IMG/VR virus record: IMGVR_UViG_3300020044_003052
Location: 1-31,010 of that record
From: a virus
Lineage: Duplodnaviria > Caudoviricetes
Direction: 5' to 3' (one strand)
DNA length: 31,010 bases
The notes below the pieces were generated by a model. It searched no databases. It was not told the origin of the DNA and was given only the letters and a program-made list of their open reading frames with translations. How positions within the stretch are numbered: position 1 is the stretch's first letter; the number at the start of each line of letters is the position of its first letter. The translations under genes were made by a program, and so were the position numbers. Shown here piece by piece: positions 7,265-16,933 of the stretch.

Positions 7265-10200
7265 TTACCGTTGAACTCCGGTGAGTGGCGCGAGCACGGC
7301 GGTAGGTCCAGTGACTTCACCCTCCACCAACGCCTCGATGCCGTCGATGGTGCGGTTGACCTGGGCGCTCGGCAAGCCCGTGAACGCGCCGAGCGTGTTG
7401 ATGGCCGCTCTGCGGAAGGCGCGGTCGAACTCGAGCTGGCCCGCCTGCGTGGCAAGCCCGTAGACCTCGCCGACGGCCCGCAGGCCGGCAGGACCACCGT
7501 AGCCCATGCGAGCGCCCTCGGCGCCCGTCATAAGCTGCGCAGCCCCACCAAACTCACGGACGATGACCATCGTGCCCATCAGGTACGACAGTTCCTCGGC
7601 GGCAAGCTTGCGGGCGAGAGCCTCGGGATCAAGTTCGTCCTCGCCGGCGTCGGGCTGGATTACGCTCTTGATGGCGTAGCCGAGCACGACCGGGACCACC
7701 AGCAGCATGGCGTAGTCGGCGGCCAGCTTGCCCTTGCTGCGGGCCGTCATCGTCTGCACGGCGGTCATGTTGTAGACGGTATTCATGTACGAATAGAACA
7801 CCGTGAACAGCTTCATGGCTGGCCCGCCGCGCTCCACGGCTGCCAGGTCCGAGACAAGGCCGCTACCCTGCGAGTCGCGCACCGCTTGGTCGGCGAGCGC
7901 CACAGCCCTGGCATCGTCCTTCCCGGCGTCGAGCGCCTTCTGGTACGCGCCGAGCCAGGTCGGGATATCCACCGACCGCTGCATATTCATCATCAGGAAG
8001 TAGGTGCCGGCCGTTACCCGACGGGCCACCTCTGTCTGCCCGCGTACACGGTTCTTGATCTCGTTGATCTCGCGGAACTGCGTGCGGCCGCGCTCGGCCA
8101 TGAACGAACTTTTCTCGGCGACCATCTTGGACGACTCGAACGGACTCGTCGAGAACTGCACGATGCCCTGCCCAACGTACTTGGCACCGATGCGGACGAT
8201 GCTCTGGTTGAAGCCAGTGACCTGCATGGCCGCGCTCACCACGTTAAACCCGAGGCCCGACGCGCTGATGCCCTGCCGGAGCCAAGACAGGACCGACTCG
8301 CCGGCAACCTGCTGGCCACGCGCCCCGGTCGCGTTGTCCTTCGACCAGTCGCGCAGTTGCTTCAGGAACTCCGGCCCACGCGTCTCGCGGACGGCGTTGG
8401 CGAACTGCGTGTCCCTCAGCAGACGGTTCGTGGAGATAAGCCACTCGTGCCACGACAGATCGTGGATCACCTCGTTCACGCCGCTGAACGCGGCGTCGAG
8501 CGTGTACAGGAGCGGCCTGTCACGGACCTCCTTGGCACGTGCCTTGACGAACGACCGCCGAGTGGTGGCCGCCGTATAAGCGCCCTGTAGTTCGCGCTTG
8601 GCGTCTTCGGCCGCGTCCACGGTCGCCACCCGGTCGGATGCCACCGGGTCGTACTTGACCGGGTAGTAGCCGCCCTGGAGGGCGACCTCCTTGCCGTCCG
8701 ACGTGCGGACGGTGAACGGCACGGGCGTCACCCAGGTCGGCTCCTTGCCATACAGCCGGCGCTCCTTGGCGGCGATCTCCGGGCGGTATCCGTCGATGAA
8801 GTCCCACACCTGCTGCACGGCCATCCATTCGGCTTCGGTCAGACTCTCGAGGACGGGCTGCAGCTTCTCCATCGTCCAACCTTCGCCGTCGAGGAGACGC
8901 TGGCGGTTGCCGTCGTTGCCGAGATTCAGGGCAATGGAAATTCGCGCTTCGCGGTTCAGGCTACGACCGATGGACGGGAAGAACATCCCCTTGCCACCCA
9001 TGTTGCCGAGCGCGAACACGGGCTTCAGGATCTCGCCGAGCTTCAGGGACGCCTCGGCCCGCATGCGCGTCTCCATGTCGGAAGCATCGTTCGCCGTGCG
9101 GATGATGGTGTTCCAGAGTGGTCCGTCTTCCTTGCCGCCGTCGAGGATGCGGGCGATGGACGCCGCCTTCAGGTGCTGAGCAGCAAACCCGCGCAGGAAC
9201 GCCGCCGTGCGGCCGATCCCGGTCAGGGGCGTGCGAGGGTCGATCTGGAGTTCGCGCACCTTGCCGACCGCACGAATGCGGGTGACGATCTCGTCGCGCA
9301 CTTCCTCGAACGCGGCACGCTCCTCGGCCAGACGCATCTTCTGCTCGTTCTTGCCGATGTGCTCGATCTGACGGACGGCGTCCACCAGGTCGCGGAACTC
9401 GCTGACCTTCAGTTCCTTGTAGTTGACGCGGCGCGCCTCGTCGGTGATCTCCTCGGCGATGTCCGGCACCACGCCGGCAGCCTCGAGGTCGGCGAGGTAC
9501 TTCGCCATCGTGCGGCGCTCGTCAAGACGCTTCAGGCTGACCTGGGCCACCTCAAACCGCTCGAGCAGTCCGGCAATCTGGTCAGCCGCGGCAGCGCCCA
9601 TGCGCTTGACGTTGCTGTCGCGCATCACGCCGCGCAGGTACTTGACCTGCTTGTCCACGTACTCCTTGACCCGCAGCGCCTCGGCTGCGAGTTGGTTCTG
9701 ATAGAGTTGTGCACGCTTGGCGCGGATCAGTGCCTGCTGGCGGTCAGCACCGTATCGCTGCACCAGTTCTTCCACTGGCTCAGTGATTCCGTAGGTGCGC
9801 TGGATGCGATCTGCGTCGCGTGCAGCCCTGGACTCGGCAGCAACAAACTCACCCGGGCGCACTTCGCGGACGGTCATGTCCGAGATCATGTCGGCGGCAA
9901 CCTGCTTGGCTGACTCGAGCATGACGCGCACTGGCTGCGTCGCCTTGGCAATGTGCCGCAGCTCCACGGCCACGAACCGAGCGCGAGCCTCGTTGTGAAG
10001 CGCCTTCTGCACTTCGGCCTCGAGCGCCGCGGGGGTGTTCATTTCACCGAACCGTCGAAGCATCTCGGCGTCCGTGCGCTCGGCAACCGCATCCTTCATG
10101 GGCTTGGCGGCGAGCAGTGCGCGGACCATCTCGTCGCCGCTGCCGTAGCCGAACGTCTCGGCGACAACATCGGGGTCCAGCCCGTCCTTCCCAAGCATCC

Positions 10201-13200
10201 CATACTTGCCCGTCCCAAGCGGGGTGATGTCCGGGCGCACGTTCGCCGGCACGGCCATCCCCGTGGCGCGGATCGGCTCGACGCTTTCGGCCGACGGCAT
10301 GCCGGCGTACATGGCGCGGACCTTCTCAATGTCCAGGCGGTGCGTGCCTTCAACCTCCACCTCGGCCCCGTCCGTGTCCACGAACCGACCATAGCGGAGA
10401 TAGGTCATGGCCCGGTACACGGGTTCCACCTTGACGGTAGCGGCCACCTCGGCGGTGACTTCCTTACGCTTGGCTTCGTGTTTCTTCTGAAGGTCGCGCA
10501 AAATGCGGGCGCGTGCGTTCCCGAGCCACTGAAGCTGCCGCATGCTGGCGGTGTTCAGGTCGGTGACGGCAGCATCCGTAGCCTCCTGCTGCATGGCCTG
10601 GTACGCAGCCCACTCGGCGTCTGCCATGCCGCTCTCGGCCTGGGTCTGGAACAGACCCTTCATGCCACTGATGGCTTCCTGACGCTTGATCTGCTCCTCA
10701 GAGGCGAGCATGCGGTCGAACACGGAGCGCACTTCGGGAGTCAGGATCGGGAGATCGGTGCCGAATTCGCGGCGGTAGATCGCGTTCAGGTCGTCACGAA
10801 TCGACCTGTACACGCGACGCATCCACGCGGCGAGACGGTCGAAAACGCCGCGCAGCTCCACGCTCGGAGCCTTGCCTTCGTACAGGTAAATCTCGAAGTT
10901 GTAGGTGACCTTCTCCTCCAGCGGCCTGCGCTGGTCGATCATCATCGTCTCGTAGTTGTCCATGCGCTCCTGGGGCGTGGACCCTTCCACGCCCATGAAC
11001 ACGAACAACGTGTCAAGATCCTGAATCACACGCGCTGGCGGCGTGGCGCTTCGCGCCATGCGGATGTATTCGGCGACGCGGAGGTGGATCAACTCGTGCG
11101 AAAGCGTCGATACGTCGCCGCCCTTGCCGACGAGAACGTTCAGAGTTCGCGGGTCGAATCCGCCGCGGGCGGGGCCGGCAGCCGCCTGCTCAAAGATGCG
11201 CGGGCTAGTGATGTCGAAACGGCGCGATAGCGGGATGACGTTGCCCTGCTCGTCGTAGGTGACGGGGTCGACTGATTTGATCTGTTCAGGAGAAAACACA
11301 ACTATTTCATCTTCATACACAATCGCATCATGGCCTGTGGATTCTGCTGCATTTGTAAGTTGTTGCGACAAGCCTTCGGTTCGCACATAATCTGACAAAC
11401 TTGTTGAAGCCAAACGAATATTCGGAAACTGTTCCGAACTTGGAAGCCGTCCAAGTTCATACAAAAGTTGCAGAAACATTGCATTTTTGGCATCTTTTTC
11501 CGTCTGCGGCATGTCCATGCGCCGAGTACGCAAAGCTTCTTCTGCGCCAGTAATTGGATTAGTAATGAAAACGGTTAACCCTTCGTTTTCTCCAAATGGA
11601 ATAATGCGAGAATTTTCTTGAACATACAAATCAAGTTTTCTGCTTGATTCCAATGCTTGCCGATACGGAAGAAGCAACATGCCAACGCGATCAAGTTTTG
11701 ATGCCCAAGACTTGAAGTGTCCGTAAAAAGTCCCATCATCCGTATCGTTAGTTAGGTCAAGAGGATTATTTATCCGCAGATAGAACGCGCCAACATTGCG
11801 ACCGTATGATCTGGCCTCGCCATAAGTCTTTGCGAAATAGAAGCCGCGGCCGTAGAAACCAGCATCATTTGCTGATCCAATGTTCTCTGGATCAAACGCA
11901 AAATTCGGCGTGAACTCCACGTTGGTGCCGTGAAATCCTTGCGATGTAAAACCAGTTTCTCTCGCCGCCTCGTCCACCATGCGCTGCGCAGCTTCCATGT
12001 CGCCGCGCTCAACCGCCGCGAGGTAGTCAGCGTCCATGCGGGAGATGGCGGCCTGATCAAACGCAGTGGCGGACTGCTGAGCCACGCTAGGGAATGAGAT
12101 ATATCCAAACTTCTGTGCGTTGGCGCGGCTTTCAGCATCCATTACAACTGGGATAGATGCAATTCCCTTGTCTCGCATGTAAGCAAAACGATGCCTTCCA
12201 TTTTGGAAACTTACACGCCCTTGATTGTCAACATCAACAACTGATGCTTCGATAGTTGATGCAGTCTTTTGGAATTCACCAAACCTTGCGTATCGTTCAG
12301 GAGTGATTTCTCCAGCCCCGGTACCGCCTTCGCCGATGTATTGCGAAATTCCGAATTCGGTTTGAGAATTCAACCACGCTGCATCAAGTTTGCCAGTATC
12401 AATGGCAATTAATTCGCGGCCAGCGCCGGAATCACGCGATGCGATTGTGACCGGAATTGTCCTGCCTTCAATGGTGATTTCTGGTCGTGCTGCCTGTTCA
12501 AGCTGCGCAGTACGGCCAGCCATACCTTCACCGCGAATGACCAACGGCACGCCACGCTCGCGCTGGTACTGCGCCGGCGTCATCCCGGCTTCGGCCGCGT
12601 CCACGACCACCATCGCCTGGCGCAACTTGGCAATCGTCCGCGCCTCGATGTCGGTGAACTGGCCAACCGCACGGACTTGCTCAAACGCCTCGTCCTCGAC
12701 TTGCTGCGCCTCGGCAACAAACGCCGCGTCGGCTTCCTGCTTCGCTGCAAGGATCGTGCGTGCCTCCTCCACAACTGCCTGCCGCTCAGCCTCGAACGCC
12801 TGCGCCTCGGTCGCGCTCATGGCGTCCGGCGACAAGCGCATGTGCGGCAGCAGCGCGTTCCCGAGTTCCGTGTTGGCGAGCCGAGCGCCGAACTGCGAGG
12901 TCGGGATGGTCACGTCGCTGCCCGTCTCCACGGCCTGTTCCAGACGTTCGCGGATGCCAGGGAGTAGTTCCTCGAGCTGCGCCGTCGTGGTGCCGCTCTG
13001 CGCAAGCACGTCACGGGCGGTGGCCGCGTCTACGTAGATCGTCTCTGCCGGCGTGTCCTGGGCCTGTGCGGCAAGGAAACGCTCGTATCCCTGCGGGTTA
13101 CGCTGGGCAAGTTTGCTTTCCTTGCGGTTCTCGGCGAGGCCGTTGAAGAACTCCTGCTGCCGCTGCGTGGCGCTAGCGCGGCGCAGGTCCACGACGAGGT

Positions 13201-14431
13201 TCGCGCCGGGGCCGATGCCGCCGAGCAGGGCAGACGCCATGCCGCCGTAGGCGAACGCCTCAATGACGCGGCCCGTGGCATCGCGCAGACTCGTCTCGCT
13301 GTCGATCCCATCCGCCGCCTTGGCGATCTCCTCGGACGCGATGCCAACGATTTCCTGCAATCCTTCCTCAAACCCCTCGCCACCGACCTGGAGTCCATAT
13401 GCCTTGCCAGCAGCAATGAGCGCCGAGCGCATGGTCGGCTGCGCGATTGCCTTGGACACTTCTTCGCGGATTACCTTGGACGCGAGCGCCTTGAACGGAG
13501 CGGACGCGATCTTCATGCCGACCACTTCAATCAGGCCGTTCAGAAAACCGCCGGCGATAGCAGCCGGAATAGCCGCGTCATCAGACACTCCCTGCTCGCG
13601 CATGTCGAGGTACAGGTTTCCGGCCTCCATCGTTCCCGTTCCAGCCATAACACCTGCCGTTGCGCCAAGTGCGCCACCAGCCACGGTGCCTGCCGGACCT
13701 GCCAAGCTGCCGAGAGCAGCGCCGCCAACAGTCGCCGTGCCGATAGTGCGGAGCTGGCTGACATTCTGCGCGATCATCTCAGCCGCTGCACCAACCATCC
13801 CCTGCTGGCCGAGCGCCTGCATGCGCTGCGTGAGTTCTTTGGCACGGTCGAAATCGCCAGGTTCAGCGAACCCGGCCATCGCCTTCGCACCGATATCGCC
13901 GCGCTCGGACACAATTGCCCCGCGCTCGTAACCAGCACCGACCACGCGGAAGAATCCGCCTTGGGTCTGAAGCATCGCGGCCTCGAGCACCAGCGGCTGA
14001 AGCTTGGAGAGGACGCCAATATCATCGTGGGCCTGTTGCGCGAACTGTTCGTTCTCGAGGAAATTTGCTAGCGTTGGATTGCGACGAGCAAGATCTTTTG
14101 TGTTCAGATCATTGAGATACTGGCGTTGTTCTGCCCGTTGCATGTCGGCCAGCGCGATTCCCTGCGGAATTCCAATGGATCGTCCGAGCATCTCTGCCCG
14201 CGCCGCCTGGTCCGGGTTGATTTGTGTGGCTTTGAGGACGGTTGAGTTCAGCGCGGCCCGCCTGTCCGCCGCGATCTCCATAGCAATCGGATCTGGCATT
14301 TCCGGCATCGTCGGAACAGCAGTTCCGCCGGATCGCTCATCTGCGATCTCCGCAGCAATCGGGTCAAAGTCTTGCGGATTCTGTGAAGGCATGAATCGCG
14401 CCATGCGCTCATTGATGTCGGATTCAATCAC
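7265..14431 (-). CDS. Giant internal virion (DNA-ejection) polyvalent protein with ParB-like, ADP-ribosyltransferase-like and HExxH metallopeptidase-like domains
   Basis: 2388 aa at the position of the last internal virion protein. Contains a Gly/Ala hydrophobic segment, NGRHR, FHGT..GFYFA..Y..EIVVF and TLSHELIH. The GTG start overlaps the upstream stop. Confidence 0.8.
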   Translation of the reverse strand: MIESDINERMARFMPSQNPQDFDPIAAEIADERSGGTAVPTMPEMPDPIAMEIAADRRAALNSTVLKATQINPDQAARAEMLGRSIGIPQGIALADMQRAEQRQYLNDLNTKDLARRNPTLANFLENEQFAQQAHDDIGVLSKLQPLVLEAAMLQTQGGFFRVVGAGYERGAIVSERGDIGAKAMAGFAEPGDFDRAKELTQRMQALGQQGMVGAAAEMIAQNVSQLRTIGTATVGGAALGSLAGPAGTVAGGALGATAGVMAGTGTMEAGNLYLDMREQGVSDDAAIPAAIAGGFLNGLIEVVGMKIASAPFKALASKVIREEVSKAIAQPTMRSALIAAGKAYGLQVGGEGFEEGLQEIVGIASEEIAKAADGIDSETSLRDATGRVIEAFAYGGMASALLGGIGPGANLVVDLRRASATQRQQEFFNGLAENRKESKLAQRNPQGYERFLAAQAQDTPAETIYVDAATARDVLAQSGTTTAQLEELLPGIRERLEQAVETGSDVTIPTSQFGARLANTELGNALLPHMRLSPDAMSATEAQAFEAERQAVVEEARTILAAKQEADAAFVAEAQQVEDEAFEQVRAVGQFTDIEARTIAKLRQAMVVVDAAEAGMTPAQYQRERGVPLVIRGEGMAGRTAQLEQAARPEITIEGRTIPVTIASRDSGAGRELIAIDTGKLDAAWLNSQTEFGISQYIGEGGTGAGEITPERYARFGEFQKTASTIEASVVDVDNQGRVSFQNGRHRFAYMRDKGIASIPVVMDAESRANAQKFGYISFPSVAQQSATAFDQAAISRMDADYLAAVERGDMEAAQRMVDEAARETGFTSQGFHGTNVEFTPNFAFDPENIGSANDAGFYGRGFYFAKTYGEARSYGRNVGAFYLRINNPLDLTNDTDDGTFYGHFKSWASKLDRVGMLLLPYRQALESSRKLDLYVQENSRIIPFGENEGLTVFITNPITGAEEALRTRRMDMPQTEKDAKNAMFLQLLYELGRLPSSEQFPNIRLASTSLSDYVRTEGLSQQLTNAAESTGHDAIVYEDEIVVFSPEQIKSVDPVTYDEQGNVIPLSRRFDITSPRIFEQAAAGPARGGFDPRTLNVLVGKGGDVSTLSHELIHLRVAEYIRMARSATPPARVIQDLDTLFVFMGVEGSTPQERMDNYETMMIDQRRPLEEKVTYNFEIYLYEGKAPSVELRGVFDRLAAWMRRVYRSIRDDLNAIYRREFGTDLPILTPEVRSVFDRMLASEEQIKRQEAISGMKGLFQTQAESGMADAEWAAYQAMQQEATDAAVTDLNTASMRQLQWLGNARARILRDLQKKHEAKRKEVTAEVAATVKVEPVYRAMTYLRYGRFVDTDGAEVEVEGTHRLDIEKVRAMYAGMPSAESVEPIRATGMAVPANVRPDITPLGTGKYGMLGKDGLDPDVVAETFGYGSGDEMVRALLAAKPMKDAVAERTDAEMLRRFGEMNTPAALEAEVQKALHNEARARFVAVELRHIAKATQPVRVMLESAKQVAADMISDMTVREVRPGEFVAAESRAARDADRIQRTYGITEPVEELVQRYGADRQQALIRAKRAQLYQNQLAAEALRVKEYVDKQVKYLRGVMRDSNVKRMGAAAADQIAGLLERFEVAQVSLKRLDERRTMAKYLADLEAAGVVPDIAEEITDEARRVNYKELKVSEFRDLVDAVRQIEHIGKNEQKMRLAEERAAFEEVRDEIVTRIRAVGKVRELQIDPRTPLTGIGRTAAFLRGFAAQHLKAASIARILDGGKEDGPLWNTIIRTANDASDMETRMRAEASLKLGEILKPVFALGNMGGKGMFFPSIGRSLNREARISIALNLGNDGNRQRLLDGEGWTMEKLQPVLESLTEAEWMAVQQVWDFIDGYRPEIAAKERRLYGKEPTWVTPVPFTVRTSDGKEVALQGGYYPVKYDPVASDRVATVDAAEDAKRELQGAYTAATTRRSFVKARAKEVRDRPLLYTLDAAFSGVNEVIHDLSWHEWLISTNRLLRDTQFANAVRETRGPEFLKQLRDWSKDNATGARGQQVAGESVLSWLRQGISASGLGFNVVSAAMQVTGFNQSIVRIGAKYVGQGIVQFSTSPFESSKMVAEKSSFMAERGRTQFREINEIKNRVRGQTEVARRVTAGTYFLMMNMQRSVDIPTWLGAYQKALDAGKDDARAVALADQAVRDSQGSGLVSDLAAVERGGPAMKLFTVFYSYMNTVYNMTAVQTMTARSKGKLAADYAMLLVVPVVLGYAIKSVIQPDAGEDELDPEALARKLAAEELSYLMGTMVIVREFGGAAQLMTGAEGARMGYGGPAGLRAVGEVYGLATQAGQLEFDRAFRRAAINTLGAFTGLPSAQVNRTIDGIEALVEGEVTGPTAVLAPLTGVQR

Positions 14432-16212
14432 CGTGCGCCACGCTTTCGTTCAAGGTATCTGGCAATTTCGTCTGGTCGCGGTTGTGCAATCCCTGCTCGT
14501 TGGAGAGCTTGTATTGCTGCATCCCGATCACGTTCGCCCTGTGCCTGCTCGGTCTTCTCCTGCTGCACTAGCACGGGCTTGCCGTCGCGCATGTAATAAG
14601 CGGTGCTTCGCTGTTCCTGCGTCATCATCTCATAAGGCATTTCCGTATCCGTAAACCAATCAGGGATATATGCCTTGTCAAGCACCATCTCCTTGATGAT
14701 GCGGCGACGTTCTTCGGGGGCCAACTTCCCGCCCCGTTGCGTTTGTTCGGAGGTAAGGCGCATACTGATGCTGTCGTTGAGAATAAGGCGAGCCTTTTTC
14801 TCATTCGATCCAGGTGCGGGCGCTACGTAGGCATCCATGCCAAAGTCGTACAGGATTCTGCTCGTTTCCTCTGCGTCCACGGTCGCCTCAATGATCTTCT
14901 CTGGTTGATTGAGTCGCTCGCGCAACTTGATGTACAACTGCGGACTGATGTCCATGCGTATCTTGTCTACAGCATCTACCGTTGCGTACTTGCTTGGGTT
15001 GATCGCTATTTCTTCTTGCACCAAAAGATCTTTCCGAGATTTCTGTCCGGCCATGATCTTCTGCCGATCTACGGGGCGCAAGCGTCCAAATTGGTCCGCT
15101 GGAATGTCGGCAGCAGTGTTTCCTGGCACTGCAAGAAATTGCAGGATGTTTTCTACGTTGATGTTGTATTCCTGTTCAATCAGTGCATCTTCCTGCGCAA
15201 ACTGCGTTCGCAATTCGGTTTGTACAAACTTCCGCGTCTGGTCGTCCTTGATTTGCTCCGAAAGAACAAGTGCTTCGCGCAACGTGGTCGGTGGTTCGAC
15301 TGGGCCGTCCTTCTGCTGCCAGTAGGTGTCCGGGTCGCTCGTAGACATTAGAAGCCCAGTTTGCTTGATGCTTGTTGCCAGTTCGCCAACAACCGACCGC
15401 TGGCGGTTTGCATCCAACGACGAGCGAAGGCTAGTGTCAACCTTGGGATCAACCGGGTGATCGTCAAGGAATGTTTTTGCCTGAGCGTATTGGCGGGCAT
15501 TCATCAGGTCGTTTACGACACCAGTTGCCACCTTGTCGTAGACCTTCTGCTCCATCGCTTTCATCTGCTCGCTGCCCTCAGGAATGCCGTTCAAGGACGC
15601 CGCCTTGCGGACTTCCTGGACCGCAATCTCAAGATTGGCCTGGTAGTTGACTAGCCCCATCGGACGGCCAGCAACGTCGGTCTTATTGCGGTCACCGTAG
15701 GAAATGATGGCAAGGTCGGAATACTTGTCTGCTCGAGCTGCGGCCTCGTTGGATGCCCACTGCTTTGTCTGCGAGTTGCGGTGGTCGTACATCTGACTTT
15801 GGAATGTCGCCATGTTCCGCGCAGCAACCTGCTGGAACATTCTTTTCTGCGTGTCATTCCCAAGCCCGTCCATAATGCCGTTTACCGCAGATGACATTTG
15901 ATCGACGGATGACTGATAGTTCGACTCCGCGTCCTTGCCGGACTTGGACATAAAGTCAGAACGAATCTTCGTCATCACGCCGATGGCGGCGGTATCGGCC
16001 TCCTTGGTGGCGGCATCGTCAATGTCATCCTGCATGGCAGAGCCAAGGCGGTATGCCGTGTTGCCAGCGGCAATCATGGCTCGCCCCAGTTCCTCCTGCT
16101 GCTTAGACGTGGCCTCGTCCATTGGCATGACGGGCGGCGCCTGGTACGGCACAAACGAACCCTCCCCGGCCATTCCAACCTGCGGGATAAACGAACTTGG
16201 TACGGTGGGCAT
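14428..16212 (-). CDS. Internal virion protein (helical)
   Basis: 594 aa, MPTVP start, predicted helical, between tail and giant protein genes. GAGGA RBS. Confidence 0.65.
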   Translation of the reverse strand: MPTVPSSFIPQVGMAGEGSFVPYQAPPVMPMDEATSKQQEELGRAMIAAGNTAYRLGSAMQDDIDDAATKEADTAAIGVMTKIRSDFMSKSGKDAESNYQSSVDQMSSAVNGIMDGLGNDTQKRMFQQVAARNMATFQSQMYDHRNSQTKQWASNEAAARADKYSDLAIISYGDRNKTDVAGRPMGLVNYQANLEIAVQEVRKAASLNGIPEGSEQMKAMEQKVYDKVATGVVNDLMNARQYAQAKTFLDDHPVDPKVDTSLRSSLDANRQRSVVGELATSIKQTGLLMSTSDPDTYWQQKDGPVEPPTTLREALVLSEQIKDDQTRKFVQTELRTQFAQEDALIEQEYNINVENILQFLAVPGNTAADIPADQFGRLRPVDRQKIMAGQKSRKDLLVQEEIAINPSKYATVDAVDKIRMDISPQLYIKLRERLNQPEKIIEATVDAEETSRILYDFGMDAYVAPAPGSNEKKARLILNDSISMRLTSEQTQRGGKLAPEERRRIIKEMVLDKAYIPDWFTDTEMPYEMMTQEQRSTAYYMRDGKPVLVQQEKTEQAQGERDRDAAIQALQRAGIAQPRPDEIARYLERKRGAR

Positions 16213-16224
16213 GGTGGTTCCTCG

Positions 16225-16929
16225 TCAGATTCGCTTGGTGGACACGCCGCCGAGCAGTTCCTCAAGCCGGCGGTTTCGCGCCCAGGTCGTGCCAATGTCG
16301 GCCGCGCTCCCAAGGAGGCTCGTAGACACGCTCAGGCCGGGGTAGATCGTTCCTGCCGTGGAGGACAGGTTCTGCGCTGAAAGCTGAGACATCGCCGCCT
16401 GGGTGGCGTAGTTCGTGGCCTGCGTCCGTGCGGCCTCGGCCTGACGGACGGTGTTGGCATTGATGGTCAGGCGGTCAATCTCCTTGATCAGATCCATGCT
16501 GCCCAGCACCTCGCCCGCGCTGCCAACGCCACCACGGATGCCGCGCCCCGCCATCGACGCCACCGCGCTAGCACGAGCCTGCCCAGCGCGCATGGTGTAT
16601 TGGCCGGACTGCTGCTGCCCAGCCTGCATGATCTGCGCTGCGTTAAACGCCGCACCTCGAGCGTTGATCCGCGCCATGCCAGCCTGGAACCGCTGATTCT
16701 GCGCCTGCATCTTCAGCTGGTTCTTCTGACTCTCGGCCGAGTAGTACGCGCCGATGGCACTGTTGACCGCTCCAAAGATGCTGACGATGGGGCCAGCAGA
16801 TACGAACGCATCGGCCATTTGGGAACTAAACGACGGGGCCATCGTTCCCGCGCTTGCCGCGTAAGACTGCCCGGTCAGCAGGGTCGGCCCGGTCGGGCTG
16901 GTGGAGAATGGGACGTTGACTACTGCCAT
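16225..16929 (-). CDS. Internal virion protein B-like (T7 gp14-like position)
   Basis: Ala/Gln-rich, with ASMAGRGIRGGVGSAGEVL and hydrophobic termini. Synteny fits. Confidence 0.65.
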   Translation of the reverse strand: MAVVNVPFSTSPTGPTLLTGQSYAASAGTMAPSFSSQMADAFVSAGPIVSIFGAVNSAIGAYYSAESQKNQLKMQAQNQRFQAGMARINARGAAFNAAQIMQAGQQQSGQYTMRAGQARASAVASMAGRGIRGGVGSAGEVLGSMDLIKEIDRLTINANTVRQAEAARTQATNYATQAAMSQLSAQNLSSTAGTIYPGLSVSTSLLGSAADIGTTWARNRRLEELLGGVSTKRI

Positions 16930-16933
16930 GTAA

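Noticed and set aside
7142-13931. Long plus-strand ORFs (482, 425, 246, 222 aa and others)
   Set aside because: Antisense to the giant protein gene, with composition typical of shadow frames.
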